Source: an uncultured delta proteobacterium (lineage in GTDB: Bacteria > Desulfobacterota > Binatia > HRBIN30 > BPIQ01). From it: 64,000 nucleotides of DNA. Below, in pieces: positions 23,379 to 32,750 of this stretch. The number at the start of each line of letters is the position of its first letter. The first letter of the stretch is position 1. The stretch is from the NCBI GenBank assembly GCA_963761335.1, contig CAVXGR010000018.1:160001-224000 (forward strand), in the 5' to 3' direction. The notes beneath the pieces were generated by a model that saw only the letters and a list, made by a program, of their open reading frames with translations, ran no database searches and had not been told where the DNA came from. The position numbers were made by a program, and so were the translations under genes.

Positions 23379-23711
23379 TCACGCCTCGGCGTCGTCGCCT
23401 TGGTGATCGCCGTCGCTGCCGGCGGGGGCGGTGCCGCCGGCCTTGGTGGCGTCTGCGGTGGCCGGTGCGGCTGCCGCAGACGGCGCCTTCTGGGGCATTG
23501 CGGCGCGCGCGTGTCGCTCCGCCTGGCGCGCCTCGCGCTCGATCGTCTGCCGCGTTTCGGTGAACTCACTGGTCAGATCCGCAGTTGCCTTGCGGAACTC
23601 GGCCAGCGCCTTGCCGAGCCCCTTGGCGACCTCGGGGAGACGCGACGGACCGAGAACGATCAGAGCGATCACCAAGATGACGACCAGCTCCGGCATGCCG
23701 ATACCAAACAT
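23379..23711 (-). CDS. tatB: TatA/TatB family subunit
   Basis: [27 protein letters not shown]; upstream of tatC. Confidence 0.88.
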   Translation of the reverse strand: MFGIGMPELVVILVIALIVLGPSRLPEVAKGLGKALAEFRKATADLTSEFTETRQTIEREARQAERHARAAMPQKAPSAAAAPATADATKAGGTAPAGSDGDHQGDDAEA

Positions 23712-23735
23712 GGGTGGGACCTCGACTGACTGGAG

Positions 23736-23764
23736 ACGCTAGAGCAACGTCGATGGGCTGTCAA
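23736..23764 (-). promoter_or_regulatory. Putative sigma70 promoter of tatBC
   Basis: TTGACA-17 bp-TAGCGT on minus strand. Confidence 0.5.
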
Positions 23765-23815
23765 ATGGCCGCAGCTCGCGTTTACTGCTCAAAAGCCGGG
23801 TGCTAAGAGTCCCAC

Positions 23816-24841
23816 ATGCGGCGCACCGGCGTGGTGATCGACGAAAGGTACCTGCAGCACGATACCGGGCCGGGGCACCCGGAACGCCCCGAGCGGATCC
23901 GGGTGCTCGTCGACATGATCCGCCAGCGGCCCACCGAGGTGACTCTGGTGCCGCCGCGCTTGGCGACCGCCGACGAGCTGGCGCTGGTGCACGAGGGCTG
24001 GCACGTGGAGCGGGTCGCCGCGACTCGGGAGATGCCCCGCTACGCCTTCGACGCCGACACGCCGACCTCGCCCGAATCCTACGAGGTGGCGCGGCTGGCG
24101 GCCGGCGGATTTCTGGCCCTGCTGGACGAGATCGTCGCCGGCCGGTTGGACAACGGCTTCGCCTTGGTGCGGCCGCCCGGGCATCACGCCGAGCGCACCC
24201 GCGCCATGGGCTTCTGTCTATTCAACAACGTCGCCGTGGGGGCGGAGTACCTGCGCCGGCGCCACGGCGTGGAGCGCGTCCTGATCGTGGACTGGGACCT
24301 GCACCACGGCAACGGCACGCAACACATCTTCGAGCGCGATCCGTCCGTGCTCTACCTCTCCACCCACCAGTACCCCTACTACCCCGGGACCGGCGCTGCC
24401 GACGAGGTGGGCCAGGGCGAAGGGAAGGGGGGCACGGTCAATCTGCCGTTCCCGGCCGGGTTCGGGGATGCGGAGTACGCCGAGGCCTTTCGCCAGGTGA
24501 TCGAGCCGGTGGCGCGGCAGTTCGCGCCGCAGTTCGTGCTCATCTCCGCCGGGTTCGACTGCCACGCCCGCGATCCGCTCGGCGGCATGGTGGTGACCGA
24601 GACGGGGTTCCGCTCGATGACCCGGCTGCTCCTGCAGATCGCCGACGATTGCAGCGGCGGCCGCTGCGCCGCCATCCTGGAGGGTGGCTACGATCTGCTC
24701 GCCATTCGCGACTCGGCGGCTGCCGTCATTGACGAGCTCCGCGGAGAGCGACCGCCTCTGGATCTCCCCAGGGCGGCCCCCGCCGCGGCGGCACTGCTGC
24801 GGCAGGTGCGGGCGGCGCAGAGCGATTTCTGGTCTCTCTAG
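23816..24841 (+). CDS. Histone deacetylase-like amidohydrolase
   Basis: HPERPER, RPPGHHA, GFCLFNN, DWDLHHGNGTQ, SAGFD, LEGGY. Confidence 0.95.
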   Translation: MRRTGVVIDERYLQHDTGPGHPERPERIRVLVDMIRQRPTEVTLVPPRLATADELALVHEGWHVERVAATREMPRYAFDADTPTSPESYEVARLAAGGFLALLDEIVAGRLDNGFALVRPPGHHAERTRAMGFCLFNNVAVGAEYLRRRHGVERVLIVDWDLHHGNGTQHIFERDPSVLYLSTHQYPYYPGTGAADEVGQGEGKGGTVNLPFPAGFGDAEYAEAFRQVIEPVARQFAPQFVLISAGFDCHARDPLGGMVVTETGFRSMTRLLLQIADDCSGGRCAAILEGGYDLLAIRDSAAAVIDELRGERPPLDLPRAAPAAAALLRQVRAAQSDFWSL

Positions 24842-24867
24842 ACCGTGCGATTCCGGGCGAAGGTCTG

Positions 24868-26670
24868 TTGAGAGGTACTCCCAAAGTCCTCGGGGCCGCC
24901 TCGCCGTCGCCGTGGTGGCTGGCTGCCGGCGTCGGCTTTCTCGCTCTCCTGGCCTACGCCAATTCGCTCGCCAACGGCTTCGTATGGGATGACCCGATCA
25001 TCCTCTCACGCCAGCTGCCCCTCTTCCAGAGTCTCCGCGACGTACTCCTGCCTCCGGCCGACATCCCGCAGTTCGCCCCCGACTACTACCGTCCGCTGGT
25101 GATCGGCTCTCTTCTCTTCGACAACTGGCTCGGCGGTGGCAGCCCTCTGCCCTTTCACCTCACCGTGGTCGTGGCGCACTGCCTGGCGAGCATCGCGGTC
25201 TTCTTCTTCGGATTTGAGCTGTTTGGCGCCGGCACCCGCGATGCGCCGGGCGAGCCCGCGGCCTCCCTGGCGGCGGCGATCGGCGCGGCGCTGTTTGCGG
25301 TGCATCCGATTCACACCGAGGCGGTCGCCTGGATTGCGGGCCGGACCGACGTCTTTGCCACCCTGTTTGCGGCCACTGCGGCCGCTGCCCATCTGGCGGC
25401 GCGCCGCCGGCCACGCCTGGCACTGGTGACCGGTCTGGCGCTGCTTCTGGCGCTGCTCTCGAAGGAAGTGGCGATCGCCATGGTGGTGCTCCTGCCGGCA
25501 ATCGACGTACTTCTGCCGCAGCCCGCCGCCGCGGAAAGATCCGGCCGGCGGCGTGCCGCTGCGCCGGCGTCGTCGTCGGCGGCGTCGGCCATCGTCTGGC
25601 GCTATGCGCCGGTGGCCGCCGCCCTGCTCGTGTATGCAGGGTTGCGCCTGGCGGCGCTCGGCATGGTCCGCGGCGAGGACGTTGCCCGCGGAGTTCCGTT
25701 TGTGGGTCACATCCTGGCGGCTGCCAGCTTCTACCTCACGAAGCTGGTCGCCCCGATCGGGCTCAACACCCATGTGGCATCCTTCCCTTCCGGCTGGATG
25801 GCAGTCAGCGCGGGGGCCGCGATGCTGGCGGGGATTGTCGCCGCCGGGTTGTTGGCGGCACGGGGGGGGCAAGGAGCAATTGCAGTGCTGCTGCTGTGGC
25901 TGGCCGCGGGCATCGCTCCCTCGCTGGCGATCCTGGTGAAGATCCCCGAGGCACCGGTGGCAGAGCGCTATCTCTACCTGCCGTCGGTGGGCTTCTGCCT
26001 GCTTCTCGGTCGCGGCGCCGTCTTCCTCCTGGCGCGCGGCGGGGCGCGCCTGCGGCCACTGCTGGCGGGGGCGCTGCTGGCTCTGCTGGCCGCCGGGACG
26101 GCGTCGACGGCGATCCGCAACCGCGTCTGGCGGAGTGATCTGGCTCTGTGGAGCGATACCGCGGAGAAGAGCCCGGAAGAGGGCATGCCGGCGCGCAGTC
26201 TGGGTGTCGCTCTGCAGAAGCTGGGGCGGTTCGACGAGGCGATCGCCGCCTACGAGCGGGCCCTCACCAAGCGCAACGACGCCAATGGGCGGGTCACCAT
26301 CTACAACAACCTCGGCAGCATCGCCCTCAGTCGCGGCGATCTCGACAGCGCCGAGCGCTACTATCGCCAGGCGATGGCGATCGCCCCGGTCGCCGACTGC
26401 CTCTTCAACCTCGGCGCCATCTATCTCACTCGGGCCCAGCGGGCTGACGACGACGCCGAGCGGCGGCGTCAGGCCGAGGAGGGACGGAAGATCCTCGAGC
26501 GGGCGGCGCGAACCAGCCCTCTGGATCCGGACACGCAGGTGGCTCTGGGACAGATCTTCGACGTGCTCGGGCAGCCGGCCTCCGCCGGCGAGCACTACCG
26601 GCGCGCCCTGCAGCTGGGAATCGACGCACAACGCGCCGAGCAGATCCGCCACCTGCTCTCGTCGCGGTAG
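24868..26670 (+). CDS. TMTC-like GT-C membrane protein with C-terminal TPRs
   Basis: FVWDD, YYRPL, HPIHTEAVAWIAGR, ERYLYLPS, many TM helices then TPR repeats; start uncertain. Confidence 0.8.
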   Translation: MRGTPKVLGAASPSPWWLAAGVGFLALLAYANSLANGFVWDDPIILSRQLPLFQSLRDVLLPPADIPQFAPDYYRPLVIGSLLFDNWLGGGSPLPFHLTVVVAHCLASIAVFFFGFELFGAGTRDAPGEPAASLAAAIGAALFAVHPIHTEAVAWIAGRTDVFATLFAATAAAAHLAARRRPRLALVTGLALLLALLSKEVAIAMVVLLPAIDVLLPQPAAAERSGRRRAAAPASSSAASAIVWRYAPVAAALLVYAGLRLAALGMVRGEDVARGVPFVGHILAAASFYLTKLVAPIGLNTHVASFPSGWMAVSAGAAMLAGIVAAGLLAARGGQGAIAVLLLWLAAGIAPSLAILVKIPEAPVAERYLYLPSVGFCLLLGRGAVFLLARGGARLRPLLAGALLALLAAGTASTAIRNRVWRSDLALWSDTAEKSPEEGMPARSLGVALQKLGRFDEAIAAYERALTKRNDANGRVTIYNNLGSIALSRGDLDSAERYYRQAMAIAPVADCLFNLGAIYLTRAQRADDDAERRRQAEEGRKILERAARTSPLDPDTQVALGQIFDVLGQPASAGEHYRRALQLGIDAQRAEQIRHLLSSR

Positions 26671-26716
26671 CGCCGAGCCGACTCCCCGTCTTGCCGCGAG
26701 GGAGGGGTGAGAAGAG

Positions 26717-26743
26717 GAGAGGTCCCGCTGGCCGGGACCTCTC
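26717..26743. terminator. Hairpin between TPR gene and tRNA-Gly 3' end
   Basis: GAGAGGTCCCG-ctggc-CGGGACCTCTC. Confidence 0.6.
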
Positions 26744-26749
26744 GATGAG

Positions 26750-26823
26750 AGCGGGCGACCGGGATCGAACCGGCGACTTCAACCTTGGCAAGGTTGCGCT
26801 CTAGCCAGCTGAGCTACGCCCGC
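26750..26823 (-). tRNA. tRNA-Gly(GCC), CCA not encoded
   Basis: GCGGGCGTAGCTCAGCTGGCTAGAGCGCAACCTT-GCC-AAGGTTGAAGTCGCCGGTTCGATCCCGGTCGCCCGCT forms a cloverleaf. Confidence 0.97.
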
Positions 26824-26834
26824 GGAATGCGGGG

Positions 26835-26863
26835 AGATTAGCGGAGGGTTGTGGGCATGTCAA
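26835..26863 (-). promoter_or_regulatory. Sigma70 promoter of tRNA-Gly
   Basis: TTGACA-17 bp-TAATCT ending 11 bp upstream of the tRNA. Confidence 0.7.
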
Positions 26864-26998
26864 AGCGGTTCCGCGCCGCCGGGCGCCCTGCAGTTGACCC
26901 CGGGCGCCCCCCCTTGCTCCAGCGAAGGTCATCAGACACCATGGTCCTCAGAGACAGGGCCGATCGAATACAAGAGAGAGGTGGATCGTCTTACTGTC

Positions 26999-27466
26999 AT
27001 GAACCGAGTCAAGAAACACGATCTCCCCAAGCGCAAAGTTGCCGCACGGCTGCGGCGGATGGGGCTCGAAGTCAAGTCCCAGCTGCCGGGCAGTGGGTTC
27101 GACTTTCTGGTGAATGGGCGGCTGCGCGTCGCCCTCAAGGTCGCTCTGCCGCATCGAACCACGCACCGAGTGGTTTCGCGCGGGCGCCGTTACACCTACC
27201 GGTATCGAACCTGGCACTTCAACTTCCACCGCCACGGGCGTCTCGATCGCCGCTATGCCGACTTCGTCGTCTGCGTGGCGCACAACAGTCGCCGCAAACG
27301 TCCGGACGACTGCTTCGTGATCCCGTGGGAAGCCATCAGCGGGAAGACCTTCGCTCTCCACGACAGCCGCGAAAAGGCGTATGTCGGACGCTATGCGACC
27401 TACCGCAACGCCTGGACCCTGATCGCCGAGGCGTTTGGCCGCGACGGCTACCGCAAGGTCGCCTGA
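26999..27466 (+). CDS. Basic protein with degenerate PD-(D/E)XK nuclease-like pattern
   Basis: VAARLRRMGLEV...FDFLVNGRLRVALKVA...DFVVCVA...FVIPW...YRNAWTLI. Confidence 0.6.
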   Translation: MNRVKKHDLPKRKVAARLRRMGLEVKSQLPGSGFDFLVNGRLRVALKVALPHRTTHRVVSRGRRYTYRYRTWHFNFHRHGRLDRRYADFVVCVAHNSRRKRPDDCFVIPWEAISGKTFALHDSREKAYVGRYATYRNAWTLIAEAFGRDGYRKVA

Positions 27467-27494
27467 GCCTCTCCCCGCTCGATCGCTCTTGACT

Positions 27495-27527
27495 GGAGGG
27501 ACGCGCCGCTTGCCGGCGCGTCCCTTC
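27495..27527. terminator. Hairpin between convergent genes
   Basis: GGGACGCGCCG-cttgc-CGGCGCGTCCC. Confidence 0.65.
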
Positions 27528-27582
27528 ATTCTCCGATAGCGCTGTTGATTTCCGGCGTTTCCTCCTTGGGGCGGAAGCGTTT

Positions 27583-28716
27583 TCAAGCGCGCAGTATCGA
27601 GCGCAGCTCGCGCGCCAGTACGTCCACGGTTCCGCGAGTGCCGCCGGCGAGCTTGTGGCGCCATTCGGTCTCGGTCTCGAAGCGCTGATCGCCGATGTAC
27701 TCGGCCCATGGGGCGATGGCTTCGCCGATGTCACCGCCGTCGAGCGGGTTGCCGCCGTTGCGGCGCACCGCGGCGATGACGTCGGGCACAACCCGTAGAA
27801 AGGCGCGTAGCGCCATCGCCGTTTTGATGCTGTACTTCTTGCCGCTCCAGGCCTTCGGGAAGGTCTTCGCCACCTGCTTGAAGTAGTTGAGGAAGAATCG
27901 CGACCCGTGCTCGCGGAGCTCGACGGCGAAGCGGCCGCCACCGGATTCGATTGCCGCCTGCACGTTCTTCAGCTCCTCGGCCAGCGGCGACTGGGCGACG
28001 CGGCCCCGGCCGACGCCGAAGAGCTTGATCTCGCCCGCCAGCGGCGAGCTGCTGTCCTCGTTGAGGGTGCGGATGATGTCGTGGCTGGCGGCCAGCATCG
28101 GGTCCGGGTAGAGCCGTCGGCCGGAGAGGCTGATCAGGTGCGACGGGTTGAGCTTGGTGTGCTTGGCGTTGATGGTGACGAACAGCTCCACCACCTGGTC
28201 GGCGCTGAGGCCGTCGAAGACGACGGCGGGGATCTGCACCTCCTCGAGCGTCTGCTGCTCGGCGAGCTCGTGCATGGCCAGCAAGCGGTGCTGGCCGTCG
28301 AGGGCTCGCAGTGTCCCCTCCCCCGGGGGGAGCTGCAGGATGCCGAGGATGCGGTGCGAGCTCACCGGCACGAAGTCGAGACGGCGCTCGGAGACCAGAA
28401 GCACGGCCCCGGGGATCGCCGGCAGAGTGCCGACCTCGGCGCATTGCAGGTAGTAGTCCATCAGCTCGCCGATCTTCTTCTGGATCACCGGGCGCTGGTA
28501 GGCGTCCTCGCTGTGGGCGATCTTCTCCTCGAGCAGCTCCCAGTTGATCTTGGCGCCACGCGCCGTCGTCTTCTTCGGCTTCTTGCCGGAGACGCGCTGG
28601 CCGCTGTAGCTCAGGACCTCGAAGCGAACCAGCTTCTGCACGTCGCTGACGCTGAGGATGGCCTGGTAGAAGGTGACGCCGAACTGGTGAAGCCTCATGG
28701 CCGGGACGGTGATCAT
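27583..28716 (-). CDS. DGQHR domain (DndB-like) protein
   Basis: YQRP, LDGQHRL, ELFVTINAKHTKL. Confidence 0.88.
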   Translation of the reverse strand: MITVPAMRLHQFGVTFYQAILSVSDVQKLVRFEVLSYSGQRVSGKKPKKTTARGAKINWELLEEKIAHSEDAYQRPVIQKKIGELMDYYLQCAEVGTLPAIPGAVLLVSERRLDFVPVSSHRILGILQLPPGEGTLRALDGQHRLLAMHELAEQQTLEEVQIPAVVFDGLSADQVVELFVTINAKHTKLNPSHLISLSGRRLYPDPMLAASHDIIRTLNEDSSSPLAGEIKLFGVGRGRVAQSPLAEELKNVQAAIESGGGRFAVELREHGSRFFLNYFKQVAKTFPKAWSGKKYSIKTAMALRAFLRVVPDVIAAVRRNGGNPLDGGDIGEAIAPWAEYIGDQRFETETEWRHKLAGGTRGTVDVLARELRSILRA

Positions 28717-28857
28717 GCACGCGCTCCTCTCCGCGCCCGCTCAGGCGACGCGGGCATTGTCGGCTCTCTTGTCGGAAGAGGGCCCGCCGAGTCAACCTCT
28801 CGGAGTCCGCGATGAGGTTTCTTGCATCCCCTCGGCAACCGGCATATCGGTCGACTG

Positions 28858-29748
28858 ATGGCAGCGAGCTCGGGAAAGGCGTTGCGACTGGGGCTGGTGC
28901 AGATGGCCTGCGGGGATGACCCGGGTGCCAACCTGCGCAAGGCCGTCGAGCAGATCGGCGAAGCGGCGGGGCAGGGCGCGGACGTCGTCTGTCTCCAGGA
29001 GCTCTTCCGCTCGCGCTACTTCTGCCAGAAGGAAGATGCCGCGCTCTTCGACCTCGCCGAGTCGATTCCGGGGCCGACCACCGAGGCGATCTCGCGCGCC
29101 GCTGCCGCGCACCGGGTCGGTGTGATCGCCTCCATCTTCGAGCGCCGCGCCCCCGGTCTCTATCACAACACCGCGGTTCTGATCGGCGCCGACGGAACCA
29201 TCCGCGGCAAGTACCGCAAGATGCACATCCCCGACGATCCCCTCTACTACGAGAAGTTCTACTTCGCCCCGGGCGACCTCGGATTCCAGAGCTTCCCGCT
29301 GGGCGAGGCGCGCCTCGGTACCCTGGTCTGCTGGGATCAGTGGTTTCCCGAAGCGGCGCGCCTGACGGCGCTGGCCGGCGCCCAGGTGCTCTTCTATCCC
29401 ACGGCGATCGGTTGGCACGCCGCCGAGAAGGCGGAGCTCGGGGCGGCGCAGCACGAGGCGTGGGAGCTGATGCAGCGCAGTCACGCGGTCGCCAACGGCG
29501 TCTTCGTGGCGGTCGCCAACCGCGTCGGCGTCGAGGGCGGCCTCGAGTTTTGGGGGGCGTCGTTCATCGCCGACCCCTTCGGCCGGGTGCTGGCGCGCGG
29601 CAGCAACGACCGCGAGGAGATCGTCATCGCCGACTGCGACCTGCGGCTGATCGACGAGACGCGGCGCCACTGGCCCTTCCTGCGCGACCGCCGCATCGAC
29701 GCCTATGGCGGCCTGCTGCAGCGCTTCCTGGATCGCACCGGCGATTGA
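28858..29748 (+). CDS. aguB: N-carbamoylputrescine amidase (CN hydrolase)
   Basis: LQELF, YRKMHIPDDPLYYEKFYF, CWDQWFPE, YPTAIGW; adjacent to aguA. Confidence 0.92.
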   Translation: MAASSGKALRLGLVQMACGDDPGANLRKAVEQIGEAAGQGADVVCLQELFRSRYFCQKEDAALFDLAESIPGPTTEAISRAAAAHRVGVIASIFERRAPGLYHNTAVLIGADGTIRGKYRKMHIPDDPLYYEKFYFAPGDLGFQSFPLGEARLGTLVCWDQWFPEAARLTALAGAQVLFYPTAIGWHAAEKAELGAAQHEAWELMQRSHAVANGVFVAVANRVGVEGGLEFWGASFIADPFGRVLARGSNDREEIVIADCDLRLIDETRRHWPFLRDRRIDAYGGLLQRFLDRTGD

Positions 29749-29762
29749 GCCTGCCCACCCCG

Positions 29763-30821
29763 ATGTGCGGAGATGCGCAGACGCCGGCGGCGCTCGGGTT
29801 CCGCATGCCGGCGGAATGGGAGGAGCATGCGGCCACCTGGCTCAGCTGGCCGCACAATGCCGAGTCGTGGCCCGGCAACTTCGGGCCGATCCCCGGCGTC
29901 TGGGTGGAGATCGTGCGCGCCCTGCAGCCGCACGAGGCAGTCAACATCCTCGTCGATGACCAGCCGGCAGCGGCCGAGGTGGAGCGCCTCCTGCGCCGTG
30001 CCGGTGTGTCTCTCGACAACGTCGCTCTCCATCGCATCGGCACCGACGATGCCTGGATGCGCGATCACGGCCCCATCTTCGTGACCCGCGGCGCCGGTCC
30101 TGGCGCCGAGCTCGCGGCGATCGACTGGGACTACAACGCCTGGGGCGGCAAGTACCCGCCCTGGGAGCGCGACGACGCCGTGCCCCGGCAGATCGCCGAG
30201 CGCCTCGGCCTGCGGCGGTTTCACCCCGGCGTCGTTCTCGAGGGTGGCTCCATCGACGTCAACGGCCGCGGCACGCTGCTGAGCACCGAGGCCTGCCTCC
30301 TCAACCCGAACCGCAACCCGCAGCTGACCCGCGGCGACATCGAGCGGCTGCTGTGCGACTATCTCGGAGTGCGACGGGTTCTCTGGCTCGGAGACGGCAT
30401 CGAGGGAGACGATACCGACGGTCACATCGACGATCTGGCGCGCTTCGTCGGCCCGCGCACCGTGGTGACCGCCGTCGAGGAGGATCGCGAAGACGCCAAC
30501 TACGAGGCCTTGCGTCTGAACCTCGAGCGCCTCAGCGCCATGACCGACGAGAGCGGAGGGCGGCTGGAGATCGTCACCTTGCCGATGCCGCGGCCGATCT
30601 ACTACGACGGCCGTCGTCTGCCGGCGAGCTACGCCAATTTCTATATCGCCAACGGTGCGGTGCTGGTGCCGGTCTTCAATGACCCCGGCGATGCCACGGC
30701 TCTCGGCGTTCTCGGCGAGCTCTTCCCCGGGCGCCGCATCGTCGGCATCCAGGCGCGGGAGATGGTCTGGGGCCTGGGCGCGATCCACTGCGTCACCCAG
30801 CAGCAGCCGCGCCTGCGCTGA
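29763..30821 (+). CDS. aguA: Agmatine deiminase
   Basis: RMPAEWE, DAWMRDHGP, LEGGSI, DTDGHIDD, ASYANF, GAIHCVTQQQP; alternative TTG start at 29745. Confidence 0.95.
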   Translation: MCGDAQTPAALGFRMPAEWEEHAATWLSWPHNAESWPGNFGPIPGVWVEIVRALQPHEAVNILVDDQPAAAEVERLLRRAGVSLDNVALHRIGTDDAWMRDHGPIFVTRGAGPGAELAAIDWDYNAWGGKYPPWERDDAVPRQIAERLGLRRFHPGVVLEGGSIDVNGRGTLLSTEACLLNPNRNPQLTRGDIERLLCDYLGVRRVLWLGDGIEGDDTDGHIDDLARFVGPRTVVTAVEEDREDANYEALRLNLERLSAMTDESGGRLEIVTLPMPRPIYYDGRRLPASYANFYIANGAVLVPVFNDPGDATALGVLGELFPGRRIVGIQAREMVWGLGAIHCVTQQQPRLR

Positions 30822-30867
30822 GTTTCCCATTTGCGCGCTCGAGCGGCCTCCAGTACGCTGCGGCGCG

Positions 30868-31314
30868 ATGGCGCGGCGCATACTCTTCCCCATGGACTTC
30901 ACCGAGGGATCGGAGCGCGTCCTGCCCTCGGTGGTCGACCTGGCGCGGCAGCTCGGCGCCGATCTCCACATCGTCCACGTCGTTCCGCAACCGCATCAGC
31001 TCGACCCCTTCTTCCGCCCGGGGCTGACGCCGGCGCGGTCGGTCGCCTCGATTCGCGAGCGGGCGGGGGCGCGGCTTGCTGACCTGCTGCGGAAATCGCC
31101 CGCGCCGTATCGGCTGCGCGTCGTCGATGGCGAGCCGGCGGCGGCGATTCTGGCGTCGACAGAGCGCCTGCGGCCCGATCTCGTGGTGGTGGCCATGCGG
31201 GCGCGGCGCGGGCTGGCGCGTTGCCTTCTGGGAAGCGTCGCCATCAAGGTCATCCGCGGCTGCGCGGCGCCGGTGCTGACGCTGCGCATGCCGGCGGGGA
31301 GTGTTGGCCGATGA
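30868..31314 (+). CDS. Universal stress protein
   Basis: RILFPMDFTEGS...DLVVVA...LLGSVAIKVIR...PVLTL. Confidence 0.88.
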   Translation: MARRILFPMDFTEGSERVLPSVVDLARQLGADLHIVHVVPQPHQLDPFFRPGLTPARSVASIRERAGARLADLLRKSPAPYRLRVVDGEPAAAILASTERLRPDLVVVAMRARRGLARCLLGSVAIKVIRGCAAPVLTLRMPAGSVGR

Positions 31315-32726
31315 GTCCCACTGCAAAGCGCGAGGAAGCTGCGGAAAATCGCCTGACCTTCTGCGGGGCGGCGGGCACGGTGACCGGAGCCAAGTTCCTC
31401 ATCGAGGTCGAGGGGGAGACGGCGCTGATCGACTGCGGCATGTTCCAGGGACTCAAGGAGCTGCGCCTGCGCAACTGGAGCAAGCCGCCCTTCGACGCGC
31501 GCGCCGTCCGCTGGGTCTTTCTGAGCCACGCCCACATCGACCACTCCGGCTATCTGCCGCGGCTGCTGGCGGCGGGTTTCCGGGGGCGGATTCTGTGCAC
31601 GCCGGCGACCGCGGACCTGCTGCACATCATGCTCCCCGATTCCGCCAAGCTGCAGGAGGAAGAGGCCGCCTACGCGAACCGCAAGGGGTACTCGAAGCAC
31701 CATCCGGCGCTGCCGCTCTACACCGCCGAGGACGCCGCGGCGACCCTCGAGCGGCTGGAGCCGATTGCGCTCGGCGAGGCCCACGAGGTGTCGCCGCATC
31801 TGACGGTGACCCTGACGCGCGCCGGGCACATCCTCGGCTCGGCGTGCGTGGCGGTGGACGTGCGCCGTCGAGGTCGTCACACCCGGATCCTCTACTCCGG
31901 TGACCTGGGGCGCTACGATGCGCCGGTCCTGCGCGACCCGGTGCCGGTGCACGAGGCCGACCTGCTGCTGGTGGAGTCTACCTACGGCGATCGGCTGCAT
32001 GACGGCGGCGGCACCAGCGCCCATCTCGAGCGCGTCGTCAACGAGGTGGCCGCGCAGAAGGGCTGCCTACTGATCCCATCGTTCGCCGTCGGCCGCACCC
32101 AGGACGTGCTCTATCTGCTCGGGCAGCTCGAGGACCAAAAGCGCATTCCAGTGCTGCCGGTATACGTCGACAGCCCCATGGCGACCGACGTCACCGAGGT
32201 GTACATGCGCCACGCCGAGGACTTCGACGCCGAGGCCAAGGCGGTGCAGGGGCGCTCGCCGCTGCGCACCCGGCGCACGCAGTTCGTCGCCACGCCGCGC
32301 GAGTCGAAGGCGCTCAACGGCCATCCCGGGCCGCTGATCATCATCTCGGCGAGCGGCATGGCCACCGGCGGCCGGGTGCTGCACCACCTGCAGCACCGCC
32401 TCCCCGAGCCGCACACCACCGTGCTTCTCGTCGGCTACCAGGCGGCCGGCACCCGCGGTCGCCGCCTGCTCGAGGGCGCCGAGGAGCTCAAGATGTTCGG
32501 CGAGATGGTCCCGGTGCGCGCCCGTGTGCTGGAGCTCGGCGGTCTCTCTGCACACGGCGACTACAACGACATCCTTCGCTGGCTCGAGGGCTTCGAGCGC
32601 GCCCCGCGGCAGACCTACATGGTCCACGGCGAGCCCGCCGCCGCCGCCGCCATGGCGGCGCGAGTGAAGGAGCGTTTCGGCTGGAAGACCGAGGTCGCCG
32701 CCTACGGCGGCCACGTGGCGCTGTAG
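31311..32726 (+). CDS. Metallo-beta-lactamase/beta-CASP ribonuclease
   Basis: DCGMFQG, SHAHIDHSG, AGHILGS, ESTYG, SASGMATGGR, LSAHGD, VHGE. Confidence 0.93.
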   Translation: MSPTAKREEAAENRLTFCGAAGTVTGAKFLIEVEGETALIDCGMFQGLKELRLRNWSKPPFDARAVRWVFLSHAHIDHSGYLPRLLAAGFRGRILCTPATADLLHIMLPDSAKLQEEEAAYANRKGYSKHHPALPLYTAEDAAATLERLEPIALGEAHEVSPHLTVTLTRAGHILGSACVAVDVRRRGRHTRILYSGDLGRYDAPVLRDPVPVHEADLLLVESTYGDRLHDGGGTSAHLERVVNEVAAQKGCLLIPSFAVGRTQDVLYLLGQLEDQKRIPVLPVYVDSPMATDVTEVYMRHAEDFDAEAKAVQGRSPLRTRRTQFVATPRESKALNGHPGPLIIISASGMATGGRVLHHLQHRLPEPHTTVLLVGYQAAGTRGRRLLEGAEELKMFGEMVPVRARVLELGGLSAHGDYNDILRWLEGFERAPRQTYMVHGEPAAAAAMAARVKERFGWKTEVAAYGGHVAL

Positions 32727-32750
32727 TCTCGGGAGGGCGAGGTCTCGAGA

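Noticed and set aside
26750..28716. Genomic island integrated at tRNA-Gly
   Set aside because: The genes lie on the 5' side of the tRNA; no integrase or duplicated tRNA 3' end was seen.
27583..28716. Complete Dnd phosphorothioation system
   Set aside because: No dndA/C/D/E-like genes in the window.
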